NCBI GenBank assembly: GCA_045637805.1
Contig: JAZUAE010000001.1
Coordinates: 15,794-79,793, forward strand
From: Clostridia bacterium
Lineage (GTDB): Bacteria; Bacillota; Clostridia; Christensenellales; UBA1242
Direction: 5' to 3'
Length of the DNA: 64,000 nt
Shown here: one piece after another, positions 1 through 8,318 of the stretch
How positions within the stretch are numbered: the stretch's first letter is position 1
Layout of the letters: each line of letters opens with the position of its first letter
Notes under the pieces: generated by a model
The model's database searches: none
Told to the model about the DNA's origin: nothing
The model's input: the letters and a program-made list of their open reading frames with translations, nothing else
Program-made: the position numbers and the translations under genes

Positions 1-39
1 GAGATGCAACACCTGTGCTTGCTAGAAATTTATTTATTC

Positions 40-1224
40 TCAATTTATTTCACTTCCTTTTGTATGACCGATAAAGTTATAAATTATATCTTTTGCTTTA
101 TCTAAAACTTTATCTTCATCTATTTCTTTAATAGTATAGATTTTGTCAGAAAAAATCAAGTGATTTCCAAGTTTTACATCAATTTGTCCTACAACAGTAT
201 CATTATTTATAGGAACAGATACTTTACTATTTATTTTATACTCAAATTTCAAATTTTCAATTTCACCATCTTTAAGCGGATAATAAAATTCATTTTTGTT
301 AAGTGTATTAATTGACTTAATCTTGCTTGAACCTTCAACAGCAATCGATCCTCGTTCGGATCTATCTAATAGTTTGACTAATTTATATTCACTGAATGCT
401 TTTTCTAATAATTGTTCACACTCTTCAAACATAGGATTACAATTTAGCAAACTACATACTACTTGCATTCCATCTTTTGTTGCACTTCCAACAAAACTTC
501 TTCCAGCTCTGCCTGTATATCCAGTTTTTACACCATCAGCATACTCATAATTTATAAGCAATTTATTTTTGTTTTTTAGCAAACGTTTATTTCCATTTTT
601 ATCAAACTCTTTGCTTATAACTTTTTCTTTCGTTTTAACAATTTCAGCAAAATTTTTGTTTTTTAATGCATGGCTTGTAATTAAAGCTAAATCGTAAGGA
701 GTTGTATAGTGATTTGAATCGTCTAACCCGTGCGGATTTGCAAGACGAGTATTATACACCCCAAGCGTCTTCACATATTCATTTGTGTAATCCAAAAATT
801 GTTGCACAGAGCCAAATGCCAGTATAGCCAAAGCAACAGCTGCGTCATTGCCACTTCTCAGCATGAGTCCATACAAAAGTTCTCTAATTGTTAAAGATTC
901 ACCTTCCTCCAAATAAATGCTGGTACCCGGAATTTTTACAGCATCGCGCGGGATTACAGCTTTCTGATCTAAATCTGAAATTTTTGATAAAACACTGATT
1001 GCTGTAATAATTTTTGTAGTGCTTGCCATAGGCATTTTTTCGTGCATATTTTTGGAGTACAAAACCCTATTCGTACTAGTTTCTAACACACACATTCCTC
1101 GTGCTGTTGTTAAATTCTCACCTTTAGAATATACCACACCGGTTTTAAAAATGCTACTACTAAAAAACGCAAAAACTAATAAAAACATTAATAAAATTGA
1201 TGTAATTTTAATTGTTTTTGTCAT
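40..1224 (-). CDS. D-alanyl-D-alanine carboxypeptidase (serine peptidase S11, DacB/DacF-like)
   Basis: 394-aa ORF with hydrophobic N-terminus. SxxK (ASTTK), SxN (SGND) and KTG (KTGYT) motifs occur in canonical order. It sits downstream of ytfI-ytfJ as in sporulating Firmicutes. Confidence 0.85.
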   Translation of the reverse strand: MTKTIKITSILLMFLLVFAFFSSSIFKTGVVYSKGENLTTARGMCVLETSTNRVLYSKNMHEKMPMASTTKIITAISVLSKISDLDQKAVIPRDAVKIPGTSIYLEEGESLTIRELLYGLMLRSGNDAAVALAILAFGSVQQFLDYTNEYVKTLGVYNTRLANPHGLDDSNHYTTPYDLALITSHALKNKNFAEIVKTKEKVISKEFDKNGNKRLLKNKNKLLINYEYADGVKTGYTGRAGRSFVGSATKDGMQVVCSLLNCNPMFEECEQLLEKAFSEYKLVKLLDRSERGSIAVEGSSKIKSINTLNKNEFYYPLKDGEIENLKFEYKINSKVSVPINNDTVVGQIDVKLGNHLIFSDKIYTIKEIDEDKVLDKAKDIIYNFIGHTKGSEIN

Positions 1225-1609
1225 TTTCTTTTTGTTTTCCTTTTTCTATTAAATTTGATAGAAGATCAGGTATTTCACTTACAATCTTCTCAAAAGCAGA
1301 TTTATCATCTACTTTTATGTATTCGATATTGTTTTTAGAATAACAAATAAAACCTATAGGTGAAACACAAACACCTGCACCACTACCACCCGCAAATGGA
1401 AAATTCTCAGTTATTTTTATTTCCTTTTCTTCAGCAGCATACTCACCACCACCAGCAACAAAACCCATTGAAACTTTTGCTATAGGAACTAAAGTTTTTT
1501 CACCATCTATTTTAATAGGATTTCCAACAATGGTGTCAACCTCTATAATATTTTTTAATTTTCCCATTGCACTAGTCATTAAATTTTCTATTCTATTTTG
1601 ATCACTCAT
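1208..1609 (-). CDS. ytfJ: sporulation protein YtfJ (GerW family)
   Basis: 133 aa. The N-terminus MSDQ..NLM.SAM.KLK..I.V.TI.G.P and the central FPF(A)GGSG(A)G block match B. subtilis YtfJ as I recall it. Confidence 0.85.
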   Translation of the reverse strand: MSDQNRIENLMTSAMGKLKNIIEVDTIVGNPIKIDGEKTLVPIAKVSMGFVAGGGEYAAEEKEIKITENFPFAGGSGAGVCVSPIGFICYSKNNIEYIKVDDKSAFEKIVSEIPDLLSNLIEKGKQKENDKNN

Positions 1610-2153
1610 TTTGATTCCTCACTTTTAGTTCAAGTTTTGCTTTAATTAAACATTGAATAACTTTTAACACACTTATCGTAAACCCCGCGTTAATTGTTAT
1701 CTCAAAAGCATCCTTATTATAGTTTGGATCAATATCCAAAAATTGATACATACCTTTATACCTAGTTTTAAGCATCACATATATTGTACAAAATATAGAT
1801 TGAAAAGACCCACAAACAATAGCCGTGTTTGCAGCGTTGTATTTGTTTCCAAACTGAATAAACAATTCCATATTTGAAACATTTATTTTTGATAAAATTT
1901 TAGTAAAAACTTTATTTAAATACTCTTCATCGCTATTATTTTTAAATAATAAATCATTATTGTTTTCAAACTCAAGTTTACCGTCCGAAACCCTCATTCT
2001 TCCACATAGTAGTTTTATAAACGCAACTTTTAATGAATAAAATCCCTTGTTTTCTATTACATTTAAATGTGCTCCAAACTTTACCTTAAAAGGAATGATT
2101 AAAAATAAAAATATTAACAAAAAAATAAACACTACCAGCATAATCAATTTCAT
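1602..2153 (-). CDS. ytfI: DUF2953/YtfI-like sporulation membrane protein
   Basis: 183 aa with an N-terminal TM segment. It lies directly upstream of and overlaps ytfJ, as in the ytfI-ytfJ operon. The call rests mainly on position. Confidence 0.55.
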   Translation of the reverse strand: MKLIMLVVFIFLLIFLFLIIPFKVKFGAHLNVIENKGFYSLKVAFIKLLCGRMRVSDGKLEFENNNDLLFKNNSDEEYLNKVFTKILSKINVSNMELFIQFGNKYNAANTAIVCGSFQSIFCTIYVMLKTRYKGMYQFLDIDPNYNKDAFEITINAGFTISVLKVIQCLIKAKLELKVRNQNE

Positions 2154-2186
2154 ACTAATAGTGTTTGCAAATTTTATTATTTTTAT

Positions 2187-2867
2187 CTATACAAATTCTT
2201 CATCGCCAGACAAATCATCATCAGAAGAATCATCAATCATTTCTTCAGCTGCAGCGACAGTTTTTATTCCAAGTTTTTTCTCCATTTCATCTTCAGTTTC
2301 CTCTGCAATTTTAAAATGGTTATACAAACTATCACCGTTTTCACGTACAACCTTCACTCTTTCTAAAAGTTCATTATAGTCAGGCAATTCATCAATAGAA
2401 GAAATATTAAAACGCTTCAAAAATTCATCTGTTGTTCCAAAAAGAGTTGGTTTTCCAACAGCATCTTTTCTACCAACTATTGTGATTAAATTATGTTCCA
2501 TAAGTATGCTAATAGCATAATCCGAGCTTACGCCTCTAATTTCTTCAATTTCAAGTCTTGTTATGGGTTGTTTATACGCAATAATAGCCGCTGTTTCAAG
2601 AGTAGCTTTTGATAAATTTCTTTGCCTAATAGGATTTAAAACAATTGCAACCTCGTTTGCATATTTTGAAGAAGTTGAAAATTGTAGTTTATTGTTAAAC
2701 TCAAGAATCGAAATCCCACTAGGATCAGCATATTTTTCTTTTAGCACATCAACTGCCTTGCGAATTTCTTTAGGTTTAACATCTAAAAGCGATGCCATTT
2801 CATTAACATCAACAGGGTCTCCAGATACAAACAAAATACTTTCAATAATATTTTCTAAATTATCCAT
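2187..2867 (-). CDS. scpB: segregation and condensation protein B
   Basis: 226 aa. N-terminal ESILFVSGDPV motif, overlaps the scpA stop, acidic C-terminal tail. Confidence 0.9.
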   Translation of the reverse strand: MDNLENIIESILFVSGDPVDVNEMASLLDVKPKEIRKAVDVLKEKYADPSGISILEFNNKLQFSTSSKYANEVAIVLNPIRQRNLSKATLETAAIIAYKQPITRLEIEEIRGVSSDYAISILMEHNLITIVGRKDAVGKPTLFGTTDEFLKRFNISSIDELPDYNELLERVKVVRENGDSLYNHFKIAEETEDEMEKKLGIKTVAAAEEMIDDSSDDDLSGDEEFV

Positions 2868-3630
2868 GAGCTTCCTCCTTTTTTACTATTTCAATATCAC
2901 CCAACGGTGCTGGTTGATTTACTATAATCATCTGATTTTTTAAGAGCTCCAAAAGTGCCAAAAAGGTGTTAATAATCTCACTTTTTGAATAATCCTCATC
3001 AAACAATTCACTAAACATAAATCTCTTCTTTTTAAGCAATCCATCTTTAATTTGAGCAATCTTTTGAGCAACAGTAAACCTGTCTTTTACAATTTTCTTT
3101 TCCTGTATTTCCTCAGACTTAGCACTAACTTTATGCATGAGCATTGAAAAAGCATCTATTAATTTTTCAAAAGATAGATCACCTAATTCATATCTAAAAC
3201 CACTAGCGGCTTTTTCAGGTTCTTTGAAAAATTTATCAACATCTTCAATTTGTTTTAGTTTTTCACTAGCCTCTTTGAAAATTTTATATTCCTCGAGTTG
3301 ACGAATAAGTTTTTGTTCAGGATCTTCAGCATTTTCATCTATAATTTCAGGCTTTGGTAACAATTTTTTAGATTTTATTTCAATCAAAGTTGCAGCCATA
3401 TCTATAAAATCAGAAGCTTTCTCAACATCAAGGTTTTCAATATCTTTCATTATTTCTAAATACTGCTCAGTTATTTTTGAAATAAAGATTTCATGTATGT
3501 CTATTTTAGCATTTTTAATTAGTTGCAATAGCAAATCAAGCGGACCCTCAAACTGATCAAGTTTAACCTTGATTCCAGTCGCGTCAGCCTCATTCAAACT
3601 CTCCAAATTCTGAATTTCCAACTCGTCCAT
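2860..3630 (-). CDS. scpA: segregation and condensation protein A (kleisin)
   Basis: FEGPLDLLLQLIK motif near the N-terminus. I chose the ATG at 3630 (MDELEIQ...), preceded by AGGAGA, over the ORF-track start at 3684, which would overlap the upstream gene. Confidence 0.9.
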   Translation of the reverse strand: MDELEIQNLESLNEADATGIKVKLDQFEGPLDLLLQLIKNAKIDIHEIFISKITEQYLEIMKDIENLDVEKASDFIDMAATLIEIKSKKLLPKPEIIDENAEDPEQKLIRQLEEYKIFKEASEKLKQIEDVDKFFKEPEKAASGFRYELGDLSFEKLIDAFSMLMHKVSAKSEEIQEKKIVKDRFTVAQKIAQIKDGLLKKKRFMFSELFDEDYSKSEIINTFLALLELLKNQMIIVNQPAPLGDIEIVKKEEAHG

Positions 3631-3637
3631 AAATCTC

Positions 3638-4312
3638 CTATACAAACAATCCAAAGAATCGTTGCCATAACCATAAAACTCCATTAGCTAATGGGTATAA
3701 CACTAAGCTAAAATACGATGATAACAAAAAGTAAACTATTATGTACATAAAAAATGAATTTCTCTTCATAAATGATACAAAACTATTACCAGGCTTTGTA
3801 ACGGCTTCAATAAATCTAAACCCGTCAAGAGGATATACTGGTAATAAGTTAAACAATGCCAATGAGAAAGATATTATAACGCCATAATTTAAAAACAAAT
3901 AATACGCGTACCAAATATAAGAATTTATCGTGGTTGGAACAAATGTAACAAACGCAACATACAAACCACAAAATAATATGCCTTGCAATATATTTGTTAA
4001 AATACCAGCAAGTGAAACTGCAACTTCACTACGTCTTCCATGCTTATAGTTTCTTGGATCAACTGGCACAGGTTTTGCCCAACCAAAACCAAATATTACA
4101 AGGAATAAAAACCCTTTCATGTCAATATGAGCAAATGGTGCTAATGTATATCGTTTTTGATAATAAGCTGTATAATCACCATGCCTTTTTGCAGCAAATG
4201 CGTGAGCAAATTCATGTGCAGGCATAACAATAAATAGCACTGAAAAATAAACAAGAATGCTAAGTAAAACGGTTAAGATATCATTTGAGTTAAATAAATT
4301 TAAAAGTAGCAT
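3638..4312 (-). CDS. site-2 protease family (peptidase M50) membrane protein
   Basis: 224 aa and polytopic. HExxH (HEFAHAF) sits in a TM segment, and NLLPVYPLDG matches the NxxPxxxLDG motif. Confidence 0.8.
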   Translation of the reverse strand: MLLLNLFNSNDILTVLLSILVYFSVLFIVMPAHEFAHAFAAKRHGDYTAYYQKRYTLAPFAHIDMKGFLFLVIFGFGWAKPVPVDPRNYKHGRRSEVAVSLAGILTNILQGILFCGLYVAFVTFVPTTINSYIWYAYYLFLNYGVIISFSLALFNLLPVYPLDGFRFIEAVTKPGNSFVSFMKRNSFFMYIIVYFLLSSYFSLVLYPLANGVLWLWQRFFGLFV

Positions 4313-4329
4313 AAATTACTCCATATCAA

Positions 4330-4359
4330 ATTATATCACTAATAATTATTTTAAGTCAA
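4330..4359 (-). promoter_or_regulatory. sigma-A-type promoter upstream of the M50 peptidase-scpAB operon
   Basis: The minus strand reads TTGACT-N18-TATAAT, immediately after the upstream terminator. Confidence 0.55.
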
Positions 4360-4377
4360 ATCAATTTATTCCTACAA

Positions 4378-4403
4378 TAAAAAAATAGCCATCAAGGCTA
4401 TTT
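4378..4403 (-). terminator. rho-independent terminator after the second DD-carboxypeptidase gene
   Basis: The minus strand reads TAA-AAATAGCC-TTGAT-GGCTATTTTTTTT. Confidence 0.7.
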
Positions 4404-5567
4404 TTACCAGTTTACAATAATTTTATCTAAACAATCTTTAAAAGATACTTTTTCTGCACTTTCTTTTATTATTAAATTAGACTCTGCTACCACTAATCCA
4501 TTTTCATCAATAAGATACACTTTTCCAACAACACCAAATGCAGATATCGGCGCTTTTATATCGTTTAATTTTGTAACTACTTGAACATTAAATTTTTCGC
4601 TATTTTTTTGAAAATTATACAAATTTTCGCTTGAATAAACATCTAAATGTTGCAATTTTGCGTTTTTTACATGAATTTTACATACAGGTATATTTGAAGA
4701 AATAATAAGCTTATTTGAATAATTTGCAAACGCATAATTAAACATTTCCTTTACTTCATTAAATCTAACTTTTGAATCTTCAGCTCCAAGAATGCTAGCG
4801 ATAATTTTCATATCTCCCTTTCTAGCACTACCTACAAAACAATATTTGGCAGTGTTTGTATACCCTGTTTTTCCGCCGATCATGTTATCATAAGTTTTTA
4901 TTAATCTATTTGTGTTTACAAGTTCAGTTTTTCTACCGCTTGGGTGCATTAGTTCATCAATCCATACTTTGCAATACTTTTGAAAAATTGCATTATCTAC
5001 AATTCTTTTAAATGCCAAAGTTATATCTTTAGCGGTAGAATAAGCATTTAAAGAAGGCAATCCTGTCGCGTTCTCAAACAACGTATTTTTCATACCAATA
5101 CTTTTTGCATAATCGTTCATTTTAGCAACGAAACCTTTTTCATTTCCACTCACATGCTCAGCTAAAGCCACCATACTATCATTTGCAGAAGCAATAACAA
5201 CTGACTTAATTAAATCTTCCACTTTGTAACTTGCTCCACTATCAAGAAAAGCCGAACTACCACCCACATCAGCAGCAGTCTCACTTACAACCACCTCATC
5301 TGTAAGTAAAATATTTCCTTTATTAATTTCATCAAACAATATGCCAAGACCAACAACTTTTGTCATACTAGCAATGGGTTTTCTTTCATCTGCATTTTTT
5401 TCATAAATAACCTTGCCTGTGTAATAATCACAAACATATGCAGACGACGATACAATGCCAAAATCATCATCAGTCGCAAATACACAATCTTTTAAATTGA
5501 TATTGCCACAAATAACACTAAAAGTTAATACTAAAAGCAAAGTTAAAATCACAAATTTCTTATTCAT
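4404..5567 (-). CDS. D-alanyl-D-alanine carboxypeptidase (serine peptidase S11)
   Basis: 387 aa with a signal-like N-terminus. SMTK, SAND and KTGYT motifs are present. Confidence 0.85.
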   Translation of the reverse strand: MNKKFVILTLLLVLTFSVICGNINLKDCVFATDDDFGIVSSSAYVCDYYTGKVIYEKNADERKPIASMTKVVGLGILFDEINKGNILLTDEVVVSETAADVGGSSAFLDSGASYKVEDLIKSVVIASANDSMVALAEHVSGNEKGFVAKMNDYAKSIGMKNTLFENATGLPSLNAYSTAKDITLAFKRIVDNAIFQKYCKVWIDELMHPSGRKTELVNTNRLIKTYDNMIGGKTGYTNTAKYCFVGSARKGDMKIIASILGAEDSKVRFNEVKEMFNYAFANYSNKLIISSNIPVCKIHVKNAKLQHLDVYSSENLYNFQKNSEKFNVQVVTKLNDIKAPISAFGVVGKVYLIDENGLVVAESNLIIKESAEKVSFKDCLDKIIVNW

Positions 5568-5616
5568 TTTAAAACCTCTCTACAATTAGTATCTTAAAGT
5601 AATAAAAATTTATTCA

Positions 5617-6240
5617 TTAAAAACTCACTAAAATAAAACTTTTAATAATTAATGGTAAAATCACCGAACTGATTAAACAAATAACAAAAGTCACAATTAT
5701 AGAGAAAACGACTGGCGAATAAAAATTAATATATTTACAGGAGTCCCCAAATTTCATTTTAAATTTATGCGCGACCATAACCCGAGACACACACGTGCCG
5801 CAGAAAAATGCCATTACAAGCAAATTAATCAAATTGATAGGTATAATAAGTAATAAGCTATTTATAACACCACTAATTCCATATAAATCAATCACTGCGA
5901 AGCAAGATAAAACTAAAAGCAAACATTGATATCCCATTATTATAATAGAAATAGTTGTAGTATATACAGACAAACTAGTAACAAATATAATAAACATAAA
6001 CAACAATAAACTCAGTAGTCTTGAAAAAAATATTGAAGACAGTTCCGCGCTACCATTTATATATTCAAACAAATTCTTATCGGTTGAAGATAAAAGGTCA
6101 ACGTAGTCATTTCCGGAAAAAGCTAATATAAAACCAAAAATTACACCAACTATCATAATAAAAGCAATTAAAAAATACACCCAAAAATTGTTTTTGAGAT
6201 GTATCTTTAAATCATATTTGTATCTATCAAAAATCGTCAT
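5617..6240 (-). CDS. spoIIM: stage II sporulation protein M
   Basis: 207-aa polytopic membrane protein. The blocks VYFLIAFIMIVGVIFGFIL and IPINLINLLVMAFF resemble B. subtilis SpoIIM (LFLMGVIFGAII / LPQNLLIIPAYL) as recalled. Confidence 0.65.
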   Translation of the reverse strand: MTIFDRYKYDLKIHLKNNFWVYFLIAFIMIVGVIFGFILAFSGNDYVDLLSSTDKNLFEYINGSAELSSIFFSRLLSLLLFMFIIFVTSLSVYTTTISIIIMGYQCLLLVLSCFAVIDLYGISGVINSLLLIIPINLINLLVMAFFCGTCVSRVMVAHKFKMKFGDSCKYINFYSPVVFSIIVTFVICLISSVILPLIIKSFILVSF

Positions 6241-6273
6241 ATTACATTATATGACAAATTTATTTAAAAATTA

Positions 6274-7005
6274 CTAAGCATACATGTTTTCTGATAAAAA
6301 TGTAACAATCGATCGTATAAAGCTTGCGTTTGTCGATGTCTGTATTGCATTAATCAATGAGCTATACTTCGTGTCAGTTATTTTATTGCAATCAAAGTCT
6401 AAAGTGGATTCATTTATAAGCAATCTAATACATCTTTCTATAGAGGATTTTTTCACATTATATTGACTAGCTATGCGTTCATACAATTTTGACATATTAC
6501 CAAGATATTCTTGCTTATTTCTGCACGCTATGGCAATAGCATCTTTTAGATAATCATATCCTTTATATTTTTTCTTAATTTCTATAACATTAAAGAGTTC
6601 AGTAATCTTTTGTGGTGGAACAAAAAAGCCAACATCTTCCTTTGTTCCATACACATTTTTAACTCTATGCAACACATTATAAATTTTCATATTTGCATCA
6701 GTTAAATTGTATTGATAATCAACATGAGTAAACGATCGTTCAGCATTAGTAAATAAACATATACACATATAAGGTAAAGATCTTTTTACTAAAACTAAAC
6801 TATCCTGTAAAATTTCTTGATTCATAAAATTATCATATACAAAAAGTGCATCAATTCTACATTTTTCGTTTTTGATAAAAACATCATCAAAATTAGAAAC
6901 TACACCCAAACAATTATAATTACCAGCACTATTAAAATCTTCAAGTCTTTTATCTATAGTATTATTTTCTTTATTCAGTATTAAATAAGTTATCTTATTT
7001 TCCAT
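6274..7005 (-). CDS. spo0A: Spo0A-like sporulation transcription factor with an atypical (degenerate) receiver domain
   Basis: The C-terminal ~100 aa align by eye to the Spo0A_C domain: KGYDYLKDAI, LG..SKLYERIA, SSIERCIRLLI and STNASFIRSIV versus B. subtilis KGYLYLREAI, LGSITKVLYPDIA, SRVERAIRHAI and PTNSEFIAMVA. The gene sits directly downstream of spoIVB, as spo0A does. A strong SD (AAAGGGGA) precedes the ATG. Confidence 0.75.
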   Translation of the reverse strand: MENKITYLILNKENNTIDKRLEDFNSAGNYNCLGVVSNFDDVFIKNEKCRIDALFVYDNFMNQEILQDSLVLVKRSLPYMCICLFTNAERSFTHVDYQYNLTDANMKIYNVLHRVKNVYGTKEDVGFFVPPQKITELFNVIEIKKKYKGYDYLKDAIAIACRNKQEYLGNMSKLYERIASQYNVKKSSIERCIRLLINESTLDFDCNKITDTKYSSLINAIQTSTNASFIRSIVTFLSENMYA

Positions 7006-7103
7006 AAATTATCCCCTTTTTGAATATCGACAATATCAATATATCAAAAAGTTTATACAAAAATCAACTATTTTGTTTCAAAATTTTACAAATCTTTTCA
7101 AAA

Positions 7104-8318
7104 TTAATTATTTATCATCAAATCTATATATACAGCGAAGCCTTTTGTAGGATCATTTACAAAAACATGTGTCATAGCACCAACTAGTTTATTATCTTGA
7201 ATTATCGGACTTCCACTCATTCCCTGCACAATTCCACCAGTTGCAGAAATCAAATCTTCATCAACTATTCTAATTACCATACTTTTTTTATTTAATGTAG
7301 ATTGATAATTTAATTTAACAATTTCTATATCAAAATATTGAGGAGTGGTTGAGTTTATTGTACACAAAATTTGTGCTTTACCTGTCTTTACCTGACCTCG
7401 AGAAGCTGTTTTCATTTTTCTGCCGCTAGTAAATTTATTAGCATCACCATTAAACGTACCAAAAACACCAACTTCACTATTTGTGTCTAACTGCCCTATT
7501 GTTTTACCATTTTTTAAAAACATTCCTCTGAGCTCCCCAGGGGTCCCACGTTTACCCTTGTTTACGCCCACTATATTGCAGTTGAAAATATTTCCATCTC
7601 TCACATTCATTGCTGATCCTGTATCAATATCGCATACAGGGTGACCAAGTGCACCAAATCTTTTATTATCTTCTCTAATATAAGTCAAAGTTCCAACTCC
7701 TGCCGCATTATCTCTTATCCACAATCCAAGTTTATATCGTCCTGAAACACTATCTAGTTGTGGTTCAATCTTTGTTGTGTGGATTCTATCACCACGCAAA
7801 ATTTCTACATTTATTATTTTCCCTTTTCTGTCATCGTTATTAATAATACGTTCTATATCATCTGCTGATTTTATTTCTTCACCTGAAATATGTGTAAGAA
7901 TATCACCTTCTTTTATATTAGAGTTCTCCGTAGGGTTTTTACTACCACTTGCAGTAATTACATTAGAAATTGCAACAACAATCACACCATTACATGATAT
8001 TGTAAAACCAAGAGGATTGCCACCCACATAAACATCAATCGGATTATATGACTCGTTATCATTGCTAGTCTTCTTTCCTACAAATAAATTTCTAAAAAAC
8101 TCTTTTATACCAGATAGGCTAGTAGCAGAACACTTCACTACTTCAACTGGTTCATTATATATGGGATTTATAATTGGCGAAACAAGCATATAATTTATGC
8201 TTAATAATAAAGACAACACAAAAAAAACTATTCGCTTAATCATAGGAATAGTTTTTGCTAAATTTATACAATTATTCTGCTTTTTGTTTATTAGCTTCTG
8301 CAATAAGTTCTGTTGCAT
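7104..8318 (-). CDS. spoIVB: SpoIVB peptidase (S55) with PDZ domain
   Basis: GTLTYI..FGALGH (His) and GMSGSPI (Ser) motifs, plus a PDZ-like GDILTHISGEEI block. The start is uncertain: the ORF-track ATG at 8318 overlaps recN, and an internal ATG at 8243 (MIKRIVFFVLSLLL) fits the expected N-terminal TM better. Neither has a clear SD. Confidence 0.85.
   Translation of the reverse strand: MQQNLLQKLINKKQNNCINLAKTIPMIKRIVFFVLSLLLSINYMLVSPIINPIYNEPVEVVKCSATSLSGIKEFFRNLFVGKKTSNDNESYNPIDVYVGGNPLGFTISCNGVIVVAISNVITASGSKNPTENSNIKEGDILTHISGEEIKSADDIERIINNDDRKGKIINVEILRGDRIHTTKIEPQLDSVSGRYKLGLWIRDNAAGVGTLTYIREDNKRFGALGHPVCDIDTGSAMNVRDGNIFNCNIVGVNKGKRGTPGELRGMFLKNGKTIGQLDTNSEVGVFGTFNGDANKFTSGRKMKTASRGQVKTGKAQILCTINSTTPQYFDIEIVKLNYQSTLNKKSMVIRIVDEDLISATGGIVQGMSGSPIIQDNKLVGAMTHVFVNDPTKGFAVYIDLMINN

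Noticed and set aside
8244-8318. A 47-nt overlap between the recN 3' end and the annotated spoIVB 5' end, considered as possible unusual overlapping coding.
   Set aside because: It is probably an ORF-caller artefact. The internal ATG at 8243 begins the expected N-terminal TM segment. Neither start has an SD, so the question stays open but is not remarkable.
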